Shown here: one piece after another, positions 60,546-64,000 of the stretch
Numbering within the stretch: the first letter of the stretch is position 1
How the letters are laid out: each line of letters starts with the position of its first letter
Source: Hemiscyllium ocellatum
Taxonomy: Eukaryota
Assembly (NCBI RefSeq): GCF_020745735.1
Contig: NC_083409.1
Coordinates: forward strand, 14,913,873 to 14,977,872
Direction: 5' to 3'
Length of the DNA: 64,000 nucleotides
The notes under the pieces: generated by a model
The model's input: the letters and a program-made list of their open reading frames with translations, nothing else
Told to the model about the DNA's origin: nothing
Database searches by the model: none
Program-made: the position numbers and the translations under genes

Positions 60546-62580
60546 ACCTGAGCTGCAAACCCCACATCCTTTCCATCACGTATGCCTCTTATTTCAATCT
60601 CAACAACATTGTCTCTGCACTACCTCGCCCCCTTGACCACAGAAACCCTAATTCCTGCTCGTCCTGCTCCCTAACTCTATGATTCTAATGTCCTCTCCTA
60701 GCTTCCTAAAGCCATATTCCATAAACTCCAATTTGTCTGATATGGAGTGGGCCCTTCCCTGTCTTATCCATCTCTCATTCCAGAATGACCCCTGACCTCA
60801 CTGCCAGCCAATTGCCACCATGGCCTCCCTCCGTCTGTGTCCTGCTGCAGACTCACATTCCCTCTCTCCCCCTTCCATCTTCTGTCTCTGGTCTCCTGCC
60901 CATTGCTGCTTGCTCCGTCCCACCATTGACAGCAGAGCCTTCAGACCCCTACAGCATGCTCTCGGACTTCCTGCCCTTGATCCCTCCCCCTCTGAATGGT
61001 TGTGCTATTGAATATACTGTTCAATCCCATCACTTTTGGTTCACTGTTCCTTTGCCATTGATTTGCTGAATTATTCCTCATCAGTAAATCTAGTCTGGCC
61101 TGTTCCCTGAGTTGGTTCAAGAGAGTTTCCCTTGAGAAAACACTCTTCTGTAAACTGGGTTGTCTGTTTCTCCCAGTCTTTGTGTAAAGGTGAGTCTAAG
61201 TATGTGTAAGCTCTAAAACAGCACAGAGGTCACTGGGTTAATTGCGACTGTTAGTCAAATGAGTCCAATGAGTCCCATTTCCCCAGCCCTTCCTGTATAA
61301 CCCTGCAATTATTTCCTTTTCAGCTATTTCTCCAAATGCCCTTTTGAAAGTTGCTGTTGAATCCACTTCCACTCACCTTGCAGACCGTCATCATGAACTC
61401 GCTGGATAAAAAATGTTCCTATCTTCTCTCTTGTACTTCAGACCCTTTCTGAAATGTGTGCCCTCTGGTTACTGACCCTCCTGCCTGGAGAAACAATTTG
61501 TCCTGTATTTACTGCATCCAGACTCTCTAACTGTGAACCCCTCATTGAGTGAGACCTATTTCCAGCACAGGGGGAGAACATTCAGCCTGTCAGGGAAATG
61601 CTGTCATTTCATGGAGCAATCCAGTCAGTCCCACCCCCTCCCCTACTCGACCCCCAGGGCCTTGCAGGTTTATTTCCATTAAGAGCCCATCCAATCTGCC
61701 ATTGCAATCACTGAGTTTCTTCACCTGTCTCACCTGAATGGGCACTAATTTCCAAGACTTTGACAATTGCTGCTAAAATCAAAGTTCTTTCTGACATTCC
61801 ATATCTCTTGCCCAACAGAATGTAAGATAATCTCAAAGGGAAGACAGGATTTTGTCTCCACACGGTCTGTGCTGTGGTCACTCTTACTGATACTGTCATG
61901 GACAGATACACCAGCAGGCAGATTGGTGAAGGTGATAGTGAGTATGTTTTTCCTTCTTGTTGGTTCCCTCACCACCTGCCCCAGGTCCAGTCTCGCAGCT
62001 GAATCAGGTGGAGCGTGACCAGCTTGCTCAGTAGTGATGCTTCTGAGCAGCTTTTGATGGTGGACTTCGAAGTCCCTTACTCAGGGTATATCCTGCATCA
62101 TTCCCATCCTCAGTGCTTCCTCCAAGTGTTGTTCAACATGGAGGAGGACTGACTGCTCAGTTGAGGTTGGAGCGGAGGGCGGTGCTATGTGATAATCAGC
62201 AGGAGGTTTCCTTCCCCATGTTTGACCTGCTGTCATGAGGCTTCATGGATTCCATAGTTAATGGTGAGGACTCTCAGGGCAACTCCCTTCCGACTGTATA
62301 CACCACTGTGTTTTTTCCCCTGCTTGGTCTATCCTGCCAGTTATAAACTGAATGAGGGAACAATTCTGTGCAGGTTTCACAGCTTGGAGACAGAGCAGCT
62401 GCTGGATTCTGTTTCTGATCTCCGAGTGCAGGCGTGTGTGTTTGTGAGAGAATGACTGACACCTTTTCCAAAACTGTGCTGTTTCTGCAAAAAATAAATC
62501 CTAGAACCAGCCTCCTGTGCTGTCAGATTCCAGGGAGTGCAGATGGTTCACAGTTTTCTCCTGTCTCAGTAACAAACACC

Positions 62581-62686
62581 CAGCTGCTCTGAGCTCCTTC
62601 TTTCTCTTCCTCTTTTGGTGAAGTTTCAACCTTGCGATCTGACAGCCTTTGCAGTTATTTTTTACACTGGGGCTTTCTGCTGTGGT
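62581..62686 (-). promoter_or_regulatory. Second copy of the candidate RUNX/EICE/E-box enhancer
   Basis: CAGCTG at 62581-62586, TTTCTCTTCC (GGAAGAGAAA) at 62601-62610 and TGTGGT at 62681-62686. Confidence 0.45.
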
Positions 62687-63409
62687 CAGAATCTCTAATA
62701 ATAAGTGTCTAATCAGTGACAATCACAGCAGCTAAGAGCAGTCAGGACTGAGGTGCCAGGCTCACTGTGAAACATATTGGGAAGATCAAAGCCATCCTCT
62801 TCAGATTCTGGTATAAACTCCATCCCTCTCCCTGAGCACTGTCTGCTGCTCAACCAGACTCTTTACAAACTGGGTCTCATGTTTGAGAATGATCTAAGCC
62901 CCATATCTTCCATATCACAAAGATCAGCCACTGAAAATCTCAGCCAGGTTTATGGGGCTCCAAACATGACCATTCCAATGGCTGATGCACATCACAGCCA
63001 CTGCCCTCCGTATCCTTCAGCTCATCCAAAATTATGCAGCCCGTATCCAAACTTGCACCAAGTCCCGTTCCCACAACCCCCTGCACCTCGTGCCTATATT
63101 GGCTCCTGGTCAAGCAACACCTCGATTTTCAAATTCTCATCGTTGTTCTCAAATCCCTCTCTGCCCTCCACTCTCCCTATCTCTGTAACCTCCTCCAAGC
63201 TGCCTCACTCCGTGTGGTCAGCAATCTTGGATAATTGGCTCTCTATTCCTTCATCCAAGTCATTGAGAAATATCGTGAAATACTGAGGCCCCTGCACAAA
63301 TCCCTGGGGACACCACTATTCACATCTTGTTTATTGGAGAGCATTATCCCTCTTCTCTGTCTCCTACCTCCAAACTAATTCCTAACCAAAGACAAATACT
63401 TTTCTATCA

Positions 63410-64000
63410 CTGTCTTGATGATAGGAAGCAGAGGTAATATTGGAAGGATGCTTGTCAGACTGGAGGCCTGTGTTGAGTGGAGTGCCTCAGGGCTCAGTGC
63501 TGGCCCCATTACTGTTTGTTATCAATATTAATGATTTGGATGAGAAACTGTAAGGCATGATTAGTAAGTTTGATGTGCAGGTCAGGTGAATTGGCCATGT
63601 TAAATTGGCCATAGTCTAAGGTACATTAGTCAGTGGGAAATGGGTCTAGGTGGGTTACTCTTCAGAGGATTGGTGTGGATTGGTTGGACCGAAGACCTGT
63701 TTCCACACTGGAGGGAATCTAATCTCTAATCTTGTACAGGATGTCAGTGAGGTCGCACTTGGAATATTGTATTCAGTTTGGTCACCTTGTTATAGGAAGG
63801 ATATTACTAAACCAGAAAGAGCACAGAAGAAATTTACAAGGATGTTGCCTGGACTCAACATATAGGGAGAAGTTAGGCAAGTTAGGACTTTTTTCTTAGA
63901 GTGTAAGAGACTGGTTGGGAAACCTTTAGAAGTGTATAAGATCATGAGAGACATGGATAGGTTTGGAGAATCGAGGATGAGAGGGCATCAGTTTAGTGTT
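63410..64000 (+). mobile_element. CR1 RT fragments with a nested partial HE1-like SINE
   Basis: [17 protein letters not shown]-like sequence at 63480-63540 and WSPCYRKDI...RAQKKFTRMLPGL. Confidence 0.75.

Larger units (their letters stand above)
43148..63410 (-). repeat. Right arm of the inverted segmental duplication
   Basis: See the matches listed for the left arm. Homology may continue beyond the window end. Confidence 0.9.

Overview
Eukaryotic, repeat-rich DNA from a cartilaginous fish. HE1-like SINEs, CR1/L2 LINEs, Penelope-like elements and NS4-type Ig sequences point to a shark; an orectolobiform or bamboo-shark-like species is inference only. The window holds two immunoglobulin kappa (NS4/type III) light-chain clusters as a ~21 kb inverted, tail-to-tail duplication (about 8.7-29.9 kb and 43.1-63.4 kb). 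The ~13 kb spacer between them contains a 13-N assembly gap. The + strand cluster has a leader exon, an already joined, in-frame V-J exon with no RSS left (CDR3 QQGYSWPYT), an 11.5 kb intron, and a C exon with a 1-bp homopolymer frameshift. The - strand cluster is unrearranged (L, V-12RSS, 23RSS-J, C). It is damaged by a TACAGTG heptamer, a GC splice donor, and a C exon with a 45-bp deletion plus a +1 frameshift. Many short Penelope-derived insertions carry minimal hammerhead ribozyme motifs in two sequence families, several with intact cores, long TSDs and empty sites in the other arm. A RUNX/EICE/E-box cluster lies ~5 kb upstream of each V promoter. One young 5'-truncated CR1 has an intact 2.1 kb RT frame. 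Most other ORFs in the supplied track are decayed transposon or antisense noise. All coordinates and counts were read by hand.
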